In this document: piece by piece, positions 11,501 to 22,619 of the stretch
Numbering within the stretch: the first letter of the stretch is position 1
Layout: each line of letters starts with the position of its first letter
Source: Atractiella rhizophila
Taxonomy: Eukaryota
Direction of reading: 5' to 3'
NCBI GenBank assembly: GCA_021432655.1
Contig: MU271326.1
Span: forward strand, 62,001 to 91,649
Length of the DNA stretch: 29,649 nucleotides
Notes under the pieces: generated by a model
What the model was told of the DNA's origin: nothing
The model's input: the letters and a program-made list of their open reading frames with translations, nothing else
Databases searched by the model: none
Position numbers and translations under genes: made by a program

Positions 11501-11811
11501 TGCAGAGAGGCGAATTCTGGCAGGAAGAAAGGAGCACTGAATATTTTGAGGAAGGAGAGCTTGATAAAGCTATGAACTCTATGTCTGGCAATAACGGGTG
11601 AGATTGTTCATGGAAACAAGGAACTGGAAACTGCTGGATCGAACTTAAAATAGGTTTCCTGATGTCTTGATACAGCATAATGGCCTCATAGCTTTGCGCG
11701 GAGGTTTTTACAAAGCCCCCATCATTTCAGATACCCTCCTGTTATTATTTGTAAATAACTAGGTAAATGACATCGCTGTTTATTTACATCTGGCTTTTTC
11801 ACGGAACCCTG
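8559..11811 (-). mobile_element. hAT DNA transposon, near full length, decayed
   Basis: The 5' end on the minus strand is CAGGGTTCCGTGAAAAA at 11811. A partial match GTGAAAAA occurs at 8559-8566, with the outer TIR lost. TTATTTAC/GTAAATAA subterminal motifs occur at both ends. It encloses the transposase below. No TSD found. Confidence 0.7.
8826..11489 (-). pseudogene. hAT transposase (DUF659-type core + hAT dimerisation domain), spliced and disrupted
   Basis: Motifs ISFDGGTT (D1), ITSDNTGN (D2), PDHHLENGMKD, TTRWAG, YLVGFFLHP and LAVKLYSILLTSVAEERTMS (E). Putative start MPKISPE at 11489, stop at 8826. Stops, frameshifts and damaged introns are present. Confidence 0.88.
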
Positions 11812-11989
11812 GTAGACAGATGGGATGGGTGTCTAGATGGGCGGTTTAGGTGGCCGTCATCATATCAAGGGGGAGGAGGAGCGAGAATTCATGTGTTATG
11901 CTAACCTATAAGGAGCTCTGCAATGTGCAACAATGCAATCAATTCTCAATTGATGTCCATATCAATGTTAATGATTTCTTGTAGACAAG

Positions 11990-12960
11990 GAATGGTGGAA
12001 GCCTCAAAGAGCCATTGCAATCTCCCACCCTGGGACGTATCCAACATCCACCATCAACGCAACAGCATGAGTCTGTGAATGGTGTCGGCTTTGAGGGAAG
12101 CAGGACGCAGTGAAATGACGTCTCTCCCTGAAGAGAAGACTTGTTCAACAGCGACGGCAGAAACTGCAAGGTACCAACATCATTGGTTGATGCTAAACCA
12201 CTTAGAAACGTACTAGGAATGCAAGGATTACTCCTTGCTAGTGGAGCCATAGCCTTGCACCGCCCACCATTGGCCTGTTTGTTCCACCAATATAACAGGT
12301 CAGTACTGTTGTCAATTTCCAGTGATCCATCCTCTGGGTCTTGAAGCTTTTGGAGAAGTTTCCAAAATCGATCAAGGATATGTCCGCTGTTGGTGGCTGC
12401 AGTTGATACTCAATGTCCATTCTCTGAGCTTTTGCTTGGTCATTGATGTATTGGATGATAAAGTTTCTTGTCCCTAAGAGCCCACAGTAGAGGAAGTTGA
12501 TGTGTGATGGCTGTATTTGCAATCAAACTTCCCTTTCAGTGCCTCTTTTGCAGAATCAACCATGCACTTAACAAACCCATAGTGTTCGTCTTCGAAAGTC
12601 ACCAAACTGTGCCTTGGATCATGCACTTTTTCCCAATAAGTCCTCTTTTGTAAACCCAAATGAGCAGCATGAGGAGAAACATACTGATTGCCCAATAGTG
12701 ATAAGGAAATGATTCCACTTTGCTATAGTACTTGCCATGCTTTTGATGGGCTCTCTCACGGGGTTTGCGGGGGAAGAGTAGCAACTGTATTCTCAAGTTT
12801 TTCGAATAGGCCCATGAAAAGAAGGATGACATTGCTGATCATGACATCGGAGGTGGACGACATAAGAGCAATGACCTCTTCAAATTCTTCTAGCCTGGTG
12901 GAGACCAAGTGAATCACATTCCAGTCACTCTTGCTTAGCCACACACCATGTAGTAATGGT
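11990..12960 (-). pseudogene. Second hAT transposase, C-terminal fragment of a different subfamily
   Basis: LSKSDWNVI..LEEFEE..MSST, KYYSK..YWA, HDPR, LLYWW..LAR..IP and AVEQVFSSGRDVISLRPASLKADTIHRLM (hAT dimerisation domain, about 12063-12157). Confidence 0.85.
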
Positions 12961-13011
12961 CTGAACCTGTCAAGCTAGTTCAAGTCAACCCTTTGTGTGT
13001 TCCCGGCATTA

Positions 13012-13690
13012 GGAGGTGTCAAAGTTGAATCAATAAAATTAAATATGCGGCTTGCGAATCTGTGTGAAATGATGAATAAAACAATAAGCAGCTTGCTGGG
13101 GTTTGAGACCCCCACCAAAAACCTGCTTTTCAGGCTGCGTTATTGCCAGCGTGCAAGTGGCAGTTGCCCGGCTCGCAGTCAGCCATCACCAAAGGGACCA
13201 AACTGTCTTCCTGCCCTTGGGGCTGCGTCAGCTGTCTGCCTTAAGCTAACTGTCCTTTCCTGATGTGCCATGACCCGCCAGACAGATCGGCAAGTTGCTG
13301 TAGAGCAGTTTATGCATCATAAACTACTTCAACAACTGCTTGAGCTCATCAACTCAGATGATGATTTGGATCATGGTTCCGGCTCAGATGGTGCACCAGG
13401 CTCAGAACCTGCTCAATACAATGATATTGATGACTCTATGTCTAGCCAGAGCAGTAGTGAAGACTCCTCAGACAGCAGCAATAGCTCATCAACTCCGCAC
13501 AACGCTTGAACCTAATGTCCCTGCCCCTTTCTCGCCGTGTTTATCAAGTCTATAAAACATGCAACCAAAATGCAGCGAGCAAGGAGAAGTACAAATTGTA
13601 ACGGTAATTTACATTTACACATCTCGACACTTGGAAAGATTCTCCATGTTACCGAAAAATATATGCTGGATAGTTGTACCTGGAGGAGCA
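13012..13690 (+). mobile_element. Possible 5' end of a PIF/Harbinger-like element
   Basis: TTA followed by GGAGGTGTC (Harbinger-like terminus) at about 13012. ORF 13270 reads MTRQTDRQ followed by an acidic Ser/Asp tract, resembling N-termini of fungal Harbinger transposases. No DDE core or partner TIR is seen. Confidence 0.3.
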
Positions 13691-14110
13691 TCGCGGGATT
13701 CTGGAACGGGTTCAGTCGGCATGAGTGACGACGGGTTAGAGCCATGGTGCGATCCCAAGTGAGAGAATGATGGCTTGAGAGACCCTTCTCACTTCCCCTG
13801 CTGCGAGACCTGGTTTCGGCACCCGCTTCTTGATCTGTACAACCCGAACTGCCACTGGTCCTTTGAAAGACTAGCTGCAATTGGCGCTCCAGGTTCTCCA
13901 TTCTCCCTGTGAGCGTGACGACTCCAGCTGTGAAGTGAGAATTCTTCTCCTTGAGCGTGATGACTTCATCCTCGAGACTGTTCACTCTTTCCCTAACGAT
14001 CGCATTCTCCATCCTGAAGAGGTCATCTTTGGATAGGGAAGCTTGTGGGTTATCCACATCCACATCAGAGGATGACCTCGACTTGACAGTGAGCAGGGAG
14101 ATCTTTGCTG
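13690..14110 (-). pseudogene. Coiled-coil protein fragment (gag/ORF1-like?)
   Basis: Stop-free frame with a heptad pattern: LFRMENAIVRERVNSLEDEVITLKEKNSHFTAGVVTLTGRMENLERQLQ. It has no own start and abuts the Gypsy RT fragment. Confidence 0.35.
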
Positions 14111-14112
14111 AC

Positions 14113-14500
14113 TGAGCTCTCACCCCTCCACAGCGCGAATTTATGGACAATGAAATCAACGCCATGCTACGTGACGACGTCATTGTCCAGCTTCCAACGT
14201 CCGAATACCAACCTCCTCATATTGCACATCTCAAAATCGTTCCCAAACCAAATGCTGACAATAAACCGTTCGATATGTCCCTCAACTCTCTTCGATTAAA
14301 AGTCTCTCAGGCACTGGCTCAGCTAGAAGGAAAGCAGCCAGCTGAATCACCAGAGAAGATAGACAATCCGGAGAGGTATGAACTCCCATCGAGACTAAAG
14401 GCAAAATGGAGAATGGTAATTGAATTTCTGGGACTCAACGCGGCGACGGAATCATATCCATTTCCGATGGCAGAGCTTGCATACAAAGCACACAAAAACA
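14113..14500 (+). mobile_element. Ty3/Gypsy reverse transcriptase N-terminal fragment
   Basis: LTPPQREFMDNEINAMLRDDVI...IVPK...[about 50-aa insert]...KWRMVIEFLGLNAATESYPFP, matching Gypsy RT domains 1-2. It is truncated before YxDD. Confidence 0.8.
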
Positions 14501-14599
14501 GGTGCCTTGATGATGATGATAATGATATCATATTTCAGAGCTTTTTCCGGCCTATTGGTCATGAAGCTCTTCTCCTAGTTTGTGTAACAACAGCTAGAC

Positions 14600-15480
14600 C
14601 GTAAATCCCCTCCACACTTTATAGAATGTAGTCTCCTACTCTTCCTCGCACTACCCTTCACTCCTGTTTAATCTTCTCCTTTTCCAGTCTAGCATTTGTC
14701 GGCCTTGGGGACCAGCTTGCTGTGTTAGCATCTGAGATGGATGGGTGAGATTCAAAACTCCGTAGCATGAGAGGGTTGACATGATGCGCGGTAATGACTG
14801 CCAACAGGACGGTTAGAACGTGCTTTATGTTGAAATAAAATAGAGGTAAAGAAAGAAAGAGAGTCCAAAAGTGTGAAAGTAAAAGATTAAAGAATGGTTG
14901 AATTCTGAAAATAAATGGAGGGAAGAAAGGATTCAGAGAGGCTTATCTTCGTAACTTAGATGGTTTAGCGATTTAGCCCACTCCTGTTGGGGCAGTGTGG
15001 CTTTGAGCTTCCTCGTGGTTCTTCTTCCTGTAACGGAGAATCCTTTCCGTTGCTCACGTGTGATGGGTGAACCTTCTAGTGGCTCTGATGAATTTCCAGA
15101 GGTGGTAACGCGTCGGGGTTAGAGAGAACCGAAGCATTGCTTGTGAGACGATTTCCGACTTTCGCTAACTTCTTAAACTTATCTCGGTGGAGCCTGTGCC
15201 TCCTACATGATTGCAGATACTGTTTACCGTTTTGCCGGAGTGACAGAACTCACAGAGGGGATACTCCTGCACTTGCTTGCGATACAGATAATCTCCGAGT
15301 CCTATGTGACCTGATCTGAGTTGAACCACGATTGAAGCCGCCGGTCTTGGGAGTTCAGCAAGCAGAGCGTATGTCTTGGCTGAAGGTAGCTCTCCTCTTG
15401 CTTTGGCATGGTGCTTCCCCACGTTGTCAGATAGTTTGTTTTGAGGAGGGGAGTATCCATGGATGGTTTGTGCAAAAGGC
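14600..15480 (-). mobile_element. Tad1-like LINE 3' fragment (CCHC C-terminus + 3' UTR)
   Basis: KHHAKARGELPSAKTYALL..IVVQLRSGHIGLGDYL..LCEFCHS aligns with the ORF at 21586-22191. The 3' UTR is homologous to 22190-22600. Confidence 0.88.
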
Positions 15481-15484
15481 GGCC

Positions 15485-16190
15485 TTATGGCTGGGATATT
15501 GTCGGAAAACATCGGATATCATATATATGTATGTTATATAGTGTTTGGAATCAACTGTAGCCCTGTGCTCACTTGTTCTGCATGAAAGAATCCAGGGTGG
15601 TCTGTACCCGAGACTCCTTCACGAACTTTTCGCTTGAAAACTCCTTCAGTGCCTTTGTACACATCATCCTAAGCTGTCTCGCAACCTCGCCATCACGCAG
15701 CATCGCTCCCTCTCGCAACAATTGAGCTGCCACCGTCAGTTTGTCAAGAGTCGGCGGAGGTTTGAGTTCGACTGTGTCGTCACTGTCAGGATCCTCTTCA
15801 TCGCCGAGCTCCAGCGTTTCTGGGTGCATTATTGCCTGAAAAAAGGTTCTGAAGGTCACGTGCCACACTCTCAACATGTAATCACAGCCAAAAATTGTGG
15901 GCAACTCCTTGCATACTGAGAACTGAATATGCAATGCATAAAGTACAAAATACATAGGAACGAGGTTGTGGACGGTTTTTCCTTGCAAATAAAGAGGTTT
16001 GCATATTGACTAGTATGCATATTCGCGATTCTGACTGTACATGTGAGATTTGGGACTGCATTTGGAGGGGAATTAGATTTTTGGGATAGCGGTGAGCATA
16101 TCTAGTTATTAGATATATCAGAAGTGGTGACATTGACTTTTCCATGGGCTACTAAATGGGGACATATCTTGTCTCAACCTCATTGGGCTT
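15485..16190 (-). mobile_element. pogo/Tigger-like (Tc1-mariner) remnant
   Basis: The transposase-like C-terminus is acidic, then PPPT..., ending QTTLDSF (stop at 15569). TA|CAGTTGATTCC..TATATAAC is a pogo-like terminus at 15557, oriented as a separate or inverted piece. Subterminal-like sequence at 16060-16190. No DDE core. Confidence 0.5.
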
Positions 16191-16519
16191 TCGCATAACA
16201 ACAACGCTCCCAAACTCGCATCAACTGAAAGAGACAAAAGAACCCGGAGGCTACAATGAAAAGTGTATCATTCTCATATTTAGCGTGTGTACATTAACTG
16301 GATGTTGAAGCCTCCTGATCCTCTGTTCACATTATGTTCTTGTCTGTTTCAGACTGTGATAGCGCTGGGAACCTCTAGTGGTTTGTCTTTGCAGTCTTTT
16401 CCTCCCTCCTGTGACTCTGGTCTTATATTTATTGTGGTAGGCTCCTCTGCCATAACCATGGTGATCACCACCAAACTACTTAATTTAATGACCATGCATG
16501 GAAAATGCTAGTCAGTAGT

Positions 16520-16818
16520 TGTCAGGGCGTCCACAAAGATGTGTGAATGTGACATGTCAGGTCACGTACTGCAAGGACAATGCTAAGTGGAAATCCTAAG
16601 AGAACTAGGTCTCTCCGGGGCATTATTCTTGCCTATATACATAAAACCTGCACAGCTACAAACTAACTCTAATTCTATCTAGGATAGGGCGCAAAGGTCA
16701 CATGACCTTAAGGGCAAAAAAGATGGGGAAACAGGAACACAAATAAAGCAACACAAATATAGATTGAGCCCACAACTCCAAATATCCTAAAATAGGTGAT
16801 CTGGGGTCGATCCTGACA
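16520..16818 (-). mobile_element. Solo LTR, 299 bp
   Basis: Perfect 7-bp terminal inverted repeat TGTCAGG/CCTGACA. 5-bp TSD GTAGT/GTAGC (4 of 5). Minus-strand TATATA followed by TTCTCTTAGGATTTCCACT. Confidence 0.85.
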
Positions 16819-17345
16819 GTAGCCTGCTCATTGTTTGAAGCAGCTTGCTGATAAACTTGGTTATTGCTACATGCACGTGATGCAGCCAGCACCCGATGGG
16901 GACTACACTGTTGCTCGGCTAAATTGATTCTTTGCTCTATGGTGTGTCGTCTTTCTCATCACCGGAACTAAAGCAGCCTTGGCAAAACAGGATCTAGCCA
17001 GTCTTGTCTTCTGGTGGAGCCCTAATCTCACACCATACTATCACTCCTCCCTCCTCCTGCTCATAGTTATTTACTGTTGAAAGTGTCTGAGACGCACATA
17101 TCAAGAAGGGAGAAGCTGCACTGTGCGTGTTTCATCTTTGGTTCGCGTTGGAATCCCATTTTTATTGGACCCAGATGGTTCTGCCCTCTGCTGTTGATGT
17201 TGGTCCCACTTTCATCCCTAATCCTAATCCTAAGTTCCGTCATGTTAGTTCCGTTAGATGGACTCACCCTGTCCCTGACCTTAACTCTGCTCCCCAGTCA
17301 AATAATGACAGACGGAATAGTTCTGTCACGAAGGAATAATAGTAA

Positions 17346-18810
17346 GGATCTCTTTGCTATAAAAGCCTGTAAACCTATAAGTGCGAGACTCATACTTATT
17401 ATTGCCTTGCACTCACAGGTAATGTGGTTTCTTTACAGACTAATTGCAACTGATACTTGTTATTGTCTCACACTTCACAGGTATTCACAGTACTCTTACA
17501 TTGGTTGGAGCAGAGAGCCACGCAGTCGATATCTCATCACATCACTCGTTTGTAACCCTTCATTCTGAAAGAAGCAGCACCAATGCTGCACGGTTCTATC
17601 CCATGCCACCTCCCTCTCTCCTCCCTTTGTTCCTTGATACCTTTCCTCAATCCATTCTCATCCTCCCATTTCCTCACATCACCTCTCCATCAAATATCTG
17701 CTCCTACTTTCCAGAAAATTCCCCTCCTCCTCCTCAATTACTAAATCGTGCAGTCCTCTTGACATCGGAGCCGTTTCCTCCAATAGTGCCGGTGATCCTA
17801 CTGTGGGTACCTGCAAGAATGAGCCGGCAGTGAGTACTCGGAGAACTCCTACCCCTCTCCAGGCTCCCAAACCCCTGAAGTAGTGTACTTTGCCATCGAG
17901 CTCCGTGCAATCACAATCACCGTCCTCATTCCATTCTCCAAAGAATAAACGAACTTCAAAATGTAATTGTGATGTCGTTCTAGCTTTAAGAATCCCCATC
18001 TGTGCTCCTATCCCAAAGTACCAGTGGACAAATCTGGGAAGCCAAAGGAGTCCTCCGAACAGTATGTCAGGGTTCGCTTATGGAGCATGACTCACCTTCT
18101 GGAACATGTGGCAAAAGGTCTAGAAGGTTTTATCAGGCATGTGGCAAATAGAGTTAACGGAGGAATATGCTGAAACATTCTGGAACTTGTGGCTGTCTGT
18201 GTATAAATACCCCTGCCAATGGAGTGAGATATCCAGATTGGTTCTCTTAGGATATCCACTCTACTTGGCAGATTAGTATCTCTCTTGCATCGTTGTAATA
18301 ATACTATGATATCCACTCTACTTGGCAGCCTCCCTACTCGATAGCAGCCCTAACAATAATCCGTACTTGACGATATGCCAGCTTGTTGGCTTTGAAAAAG
18401 ATTTTGAAGGCTGGGTGCTTCTGGGCTTGAACCATGGATCCTGTTTGGAGTTGAGGGTACCAGGGTTTTGACATAGTTCTGACAGAACTGGCAGCAAATG
18501 AAAGGAAGTCATTATAAGTTTCGGTTTGTTCTTTGTTCCTTTGTTAGAGGTGGCAACAAATTGTAGGGGCCTTTGCTCCGTCATGTGACTTACAACCCTC
18601 TGAAGGGTCCCACAAATAAAGTTCCAAACTTTCTGCCTTCTGATTACAATGATTGGCTGAAAGGTTTGGCTAGGACACAGGCTTATGTTCTCAGGGATGT
18701 ATATGTGGATGTAAAGGGTGGACGGCATTAGAAGGACCAAACCATCTGCACCAAATTGATGCAGCACATGAAATGGAGATCTGGAAGTTGAGTCAGTCAC
18801 AGTACCTTTC
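17346..18810 (+). pseudogene. Decayed hypothetical gene interrupted by an LTR
   Basis: TATAAAA at 17358 and a short intron-like segment ending CAG at 17418. A hydrophobic N-terminal stretch follows, then protein-like frames such as HVTYNPLKGPTNKVPNFLPSDYNDWLKGLARTQAYVLRDVYVD. Frameshifted. Confidence 0.3.
18065..18355 (+). mobile_element. LTR-like element, 291 bp
   Basis: TGTCAGGG...CCCTAACA (7 of 8 inverted match). TATAAATA at 18202, then TTCTCTTAGGATATCCACT. Internal 21-bp direct repeat GATATCCACTCTACTTGGCAG at 18251 and 18308. No TSD. Confidence 0.7.
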
Positions 18811-19389
18811 ACAAAAATTGTAGCTCAAAGTTAAGCTGAAGGCTCTTACCAACCATACTATGAGTAGTTTAAGAACAATGATATAATTATCTGCCTATAC
18901 AAAGTCTATTTGCATTCCAGCTAAGCAGTTTCTATTAATTCTAGCCATGAGGAACTCTTGGCTATAAAACCTTGTGGAAGGAACTGTAAGTGCGAAGAAA
19001 CATGCTCATCTGTTGTCTTGCTCCTCGCAGCCTCCAATATTTGTCATCCACGCCTCTGTGAAATCTACATTCCATCACTACTCTCATTTTTCAACTGTAC
19101 GAGAGTGTGTGAGGGAATGTTGACAGATTGAGCCTTGATCCAACTCCATCCCACATCCTCCGACTGTTTGTGGTGGTGAACAGAAAGTTGTTCTCAGAAG
19201 GTGGGTCTCCATCTCACATTGCTAAGGAGGAGATGTTTCGAGGGAGATGGATAAGAAAGGGTTTGCAACAAGATTCTGTTGTGAAGGGGAAAATAGAAAG
19301 AAAATGCTCACTCAACGGAATAAATGTGATTGCAATTGTGATTGAGGAGATATTCCAGCTAACACAGTAGCAGGTTCTGCTGTACAACC

Positions 19390-19650
19390 TATCTTTTCAT
19401 CCATCCCAGAAATTCTGCCATCAAGATTTGCTTGCCTTCACACACACTTGTTTTCGTCAATGTGTACAATGCCGCTGGCCTAATGCAGAGACATTAGAAG
19501 TCCTATTTTTACTAATTCGACAACTCCAAAGGGAACACACGCTCACCAACAACTTTTTGCTTTACGTTGGGGGGATTTCAACCTCCATCACGATCTTTGG
19601 AACCAAGAAGGATACCTCATGTGAGATACAAGGGTCAACCCACTCAAATG
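19390..19650 (+). mobile_element. LINE APE-endonuclease fragment (central part)
   Basis: FVNVYNAAG and, after frameshifts, GDFNLHHDLWN at 19571-19603. Confidence 0.8.
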
Positions 19651-19749
19651 CTGCAATACCTTCCTATTCTGGAAGCGGCTCCTGCCTAACTTGGAAGTCC
19701 CATTGAGGACTGAATACCTCACAACTCCCCCGTCTCTCTACACCTCTCC

Positions 19750-20310
19750 TGTCGGCTCCAAGCGCATACGATCGATCGGGAGAAAAGGGAGAGATAACTG
19801 CATGGTATCTTAGCCTTATCCAGAAGCTGGAAGGCGAGATCCGTCAATTCCCTGGTGAGACTCGTTTGATTCCCTCCAGCTTCCTCTTCGTTCCATGCTT
19901 TCAGATCATTCCAGATTTCTATCTACTCATGTATTATGGGTTTTCTCGCGATGTTTGATCTTTTATCTGATTCATTGGCCTATAAAAGAGGCCTCACTTG
20001 TTAATGTAAATTCATCTTATTCCTCATCGTCTTCCGTCGCCCTCACAGCAGAAAGCGTGGTAAGAATCGAGGTAAGTTCCCCGGCCTGTATAAGCGCCGC
20101 TGTAAGATCCATTTTCTCTATTCTGAGACCAGATAGCTTGAGAAGCGGCCCTACACTTCAGTGTGGCTAGCATAAGCTGGTTCCTGTCTCTCCTTTTCGT
20201 TTAAGCTCTCATTTATTGATTGAGCCTCTTAGCTCTCGCTCTAGTTGAGCTAAAGGAACTCACTTTTTGCTGTAGAGTCTCACACCTCAGGCGGGATCCC
20301 AAAGCTGACA
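19750..20310 (+). mobile_element. Solo LTR-like element, 561 bp
   Basis: TGTCGGC...GCTGACA (6 of 7 inverted match), TATAAAAG at 19981 and flanks CTCC/CTCT (possible 4-bp TSD). Non-coding. Confidence 0.55.
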
Positions 20311-20361
20311 CTCTGCTGACAGGGTTGACGGAAGAGAGGCTGTAACTCAGGTCGGAAAAAA

Positions 20362-22600
20362 GGTGTGATCACTTGGGCCGCCAGGGAGTCTCAAACGGTC
20401 ATCGACTTGGCGTTTCTCAACACCGAGGCTGATGACCTCGTAGAGCGGTGCGTAACCTCCCGTGCCCCTGAGGTGAATCATGGCTCTGACCATTTTCCTA
20501 TCCTCACCACCTTCAACCGGGAGAAACCGGCTCCAACAGCCCAAGGCAACAAATTCAACCTTGCTAAAGCTGACTGGGAGAAGATAAGAAGGGAACTAGA
20601 GAGCAGTCTGGAGGGATCGACAAGAAGACCAAAATGCTGAAGGAGGAGGATATAGACTCGGCCATTGAGTATCTCACTCACTCAATCCAGGAAGCGCTGG
20701 AGGTGTCGACGTCCAAAGCGAAGGTCTCCAAGTTCTCTAAGAAGTGCTGGGATGATGAGCTCTCGGATCTCTGCTCCAAAGCGAGCAAGCGAAGAAACCG
20801 CTTCCAGAGAAGCACCACCAACACCCTTCTGACGGTGGTTGAGTTCATTTGGCGCTCAAAAAGCTGCCAAGTAACATCGGTCTAGTTCAGAGCTCTCTCT
20901 CTCCCCCATCCTCTCCCTCTTCTACAACTCTCCCCTCCTACGTTTAGCTTCCCAATTCAACTCCCTCTCAGCAGGATTCATTGACGACGTCTCCTTTTTA
21001 ACTAGATCATCGTCAGTGACTCTAGCTACCAGGGATCTGGAAAGGATCCTAGACGAAGTAGAGGGATGGGGGGATGAGCATGGAGTACTTTTTGAAAGAG
21101 ACAAAACTAAGTTCATCCTCTTTACTTGCAATGGCCGGAAAATCATTGCCAACATCAGGTTACGGTTCGGTGGCGAGACAGTGGAGATGTCCAACAGTGC
21201 GACTCTCCTTGGAGTCATCCCAGACAAGGAGCTCTGCTGGAAGGAGCAACTCTCATCAATTGAAGAAAAGGACGCAAACACTTGATGGGCATCGCAGCGT
21301 TGACAAAGACGACGGAAGGCATTCCGTTTGCTCAATTCCGCCGCCTGTACGTGTCTCCATTGTCTGTGCCGCCACAGACTACGCTGCCATCGTTTGGCAT
21401 CACCCCCACATTCACTCGGCGATAGTTCGAAGGCCCAAGGTGCTACACCACTTGGCCCAGTGTATCATGCTGGGAGGCTTCAAGTCCACCCCCTCCCCCA
21501 AACGTGGTAATCCTGCTAGATAGCCAGAGTCATATCCTCTTGGACATCCACTCTCGCCTTAGCGACATCACCACCCTCCTACCCAATGTCCGTATCCGAC
21601 TTCAGTGGATATCGGGGCAGCCTCAAGGTGGAAGGGAACGAGGCAGCGGACTCTCTGGCACATGAAGCAGCCAAGAGAGAAGATGTGCCCCTTCCATCCG
21701 CATTTCCTTTCAGCCCTTCCTCATTTGCCCAAGCTATCCGCTCCCACTCACTCCCTCAGTCCGGCACTCTCACCAACGGTAGCAAACATCACCCAAAGGC
21801 AAAAGGCGACCTCTCTTCAGCGAAAACATACAGCATGCTTGCTGCACTTCGTAGGCTGGTAGCACCAATAGTGGTGCAGCTGAGGTCGGGACATGTTGGT
21901 TTAGGGGACTACCTGCACCACAGAAAGGTACGGGAGTCCCCCTCATGTGAGTTCTGTCACTCTAGAGAGACGGTCAAGCACTATCTGCAATCCTGTCAGA
22001 GATACAGATCCTATTGCGAAACCCTCAAAAAAGATTTGGCGAAGATCGGAGCCCAGCTTACAAGTAATGCCTTGATCCTCTCTAATGCAGATGCACTGCC
22101 CCTTCTATGTAAGTACATCAGGGCCACCAAAAGGTTAACTCACCACACCCGTGCCACCGAAAGGATTCTTCGTTATAAAAAGAAGAAGTAGGAGACCACA
22201 CACTCATTGGCAGGATGGACAGAAGTGGGCTAAACCTCCTCTGAGGGACCTCCTTAGTCACTTTTTTCAGAATCTTTTTTTAGAATCTCTTTACCCAACT
22301 ATTTTACACTATTCCATTACATTTCCACGACCTCCCTTCCCATTTATTTCCTCCTCATTCATTTTCCGACCCCTACAAAGCATGCTCACACACTCCTTGT
22401 TGGCAAACACCCACGCATCACGTCAACCCTCTCAGGCTAGGGAGACTCGACTCTCAACCAGCCATCTCAGGCGCTCATTACTCTATTCATCTCATAAATC
22501 GACAATCACTGGACTAGAGAGGGGGAGGAGGGAGGAATAAGGGAGGAGGGCTGGAACGGAGGGAGTAGTCGCTAAATAACGTGCAAAGGGAGGAGTTCTC
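20362..22600 (+). mobile_element. Tad1-like LINE relic: endonuclease end, RT, RNase H, CCHC, 3' UTR, with internal deletions
   Basis: TW..QTVIDLAF..GSDHFPI (APE), SPILSLFYN..AGFIDDV (RT catalytic), LLGVIPDKEL, VEGNEAADSLA (RNase H end) and CEFC..ETVKHYLQSC (zinc knuckle). Stop at 22191. RT domains 1-3 and most of RNase H are deleted. Confidence 0.93.
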
Positions 22601-22619
22601 AGCTTTGAGGGAGCGGCAA

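Noticed and set aside
13512..14183. 223-aa ORF as a real gene
   Set aside because: It is a chimera spanning antisense Gypsy RT, a coiled-coil fragment and antisense Harbinger-like sequence.
16490..16512. Second Helitron end (CCATGCATGG..CTAG|T)
   Set aside because: The palindrome is only 10 bp with no proper loop and is likely to occur by chance.
17216..17234. Telomere-like CCCTAATCCTAATCCTAAG
   Set aside because: Only about three imperfect internal units, which could simply encode PNPNP.
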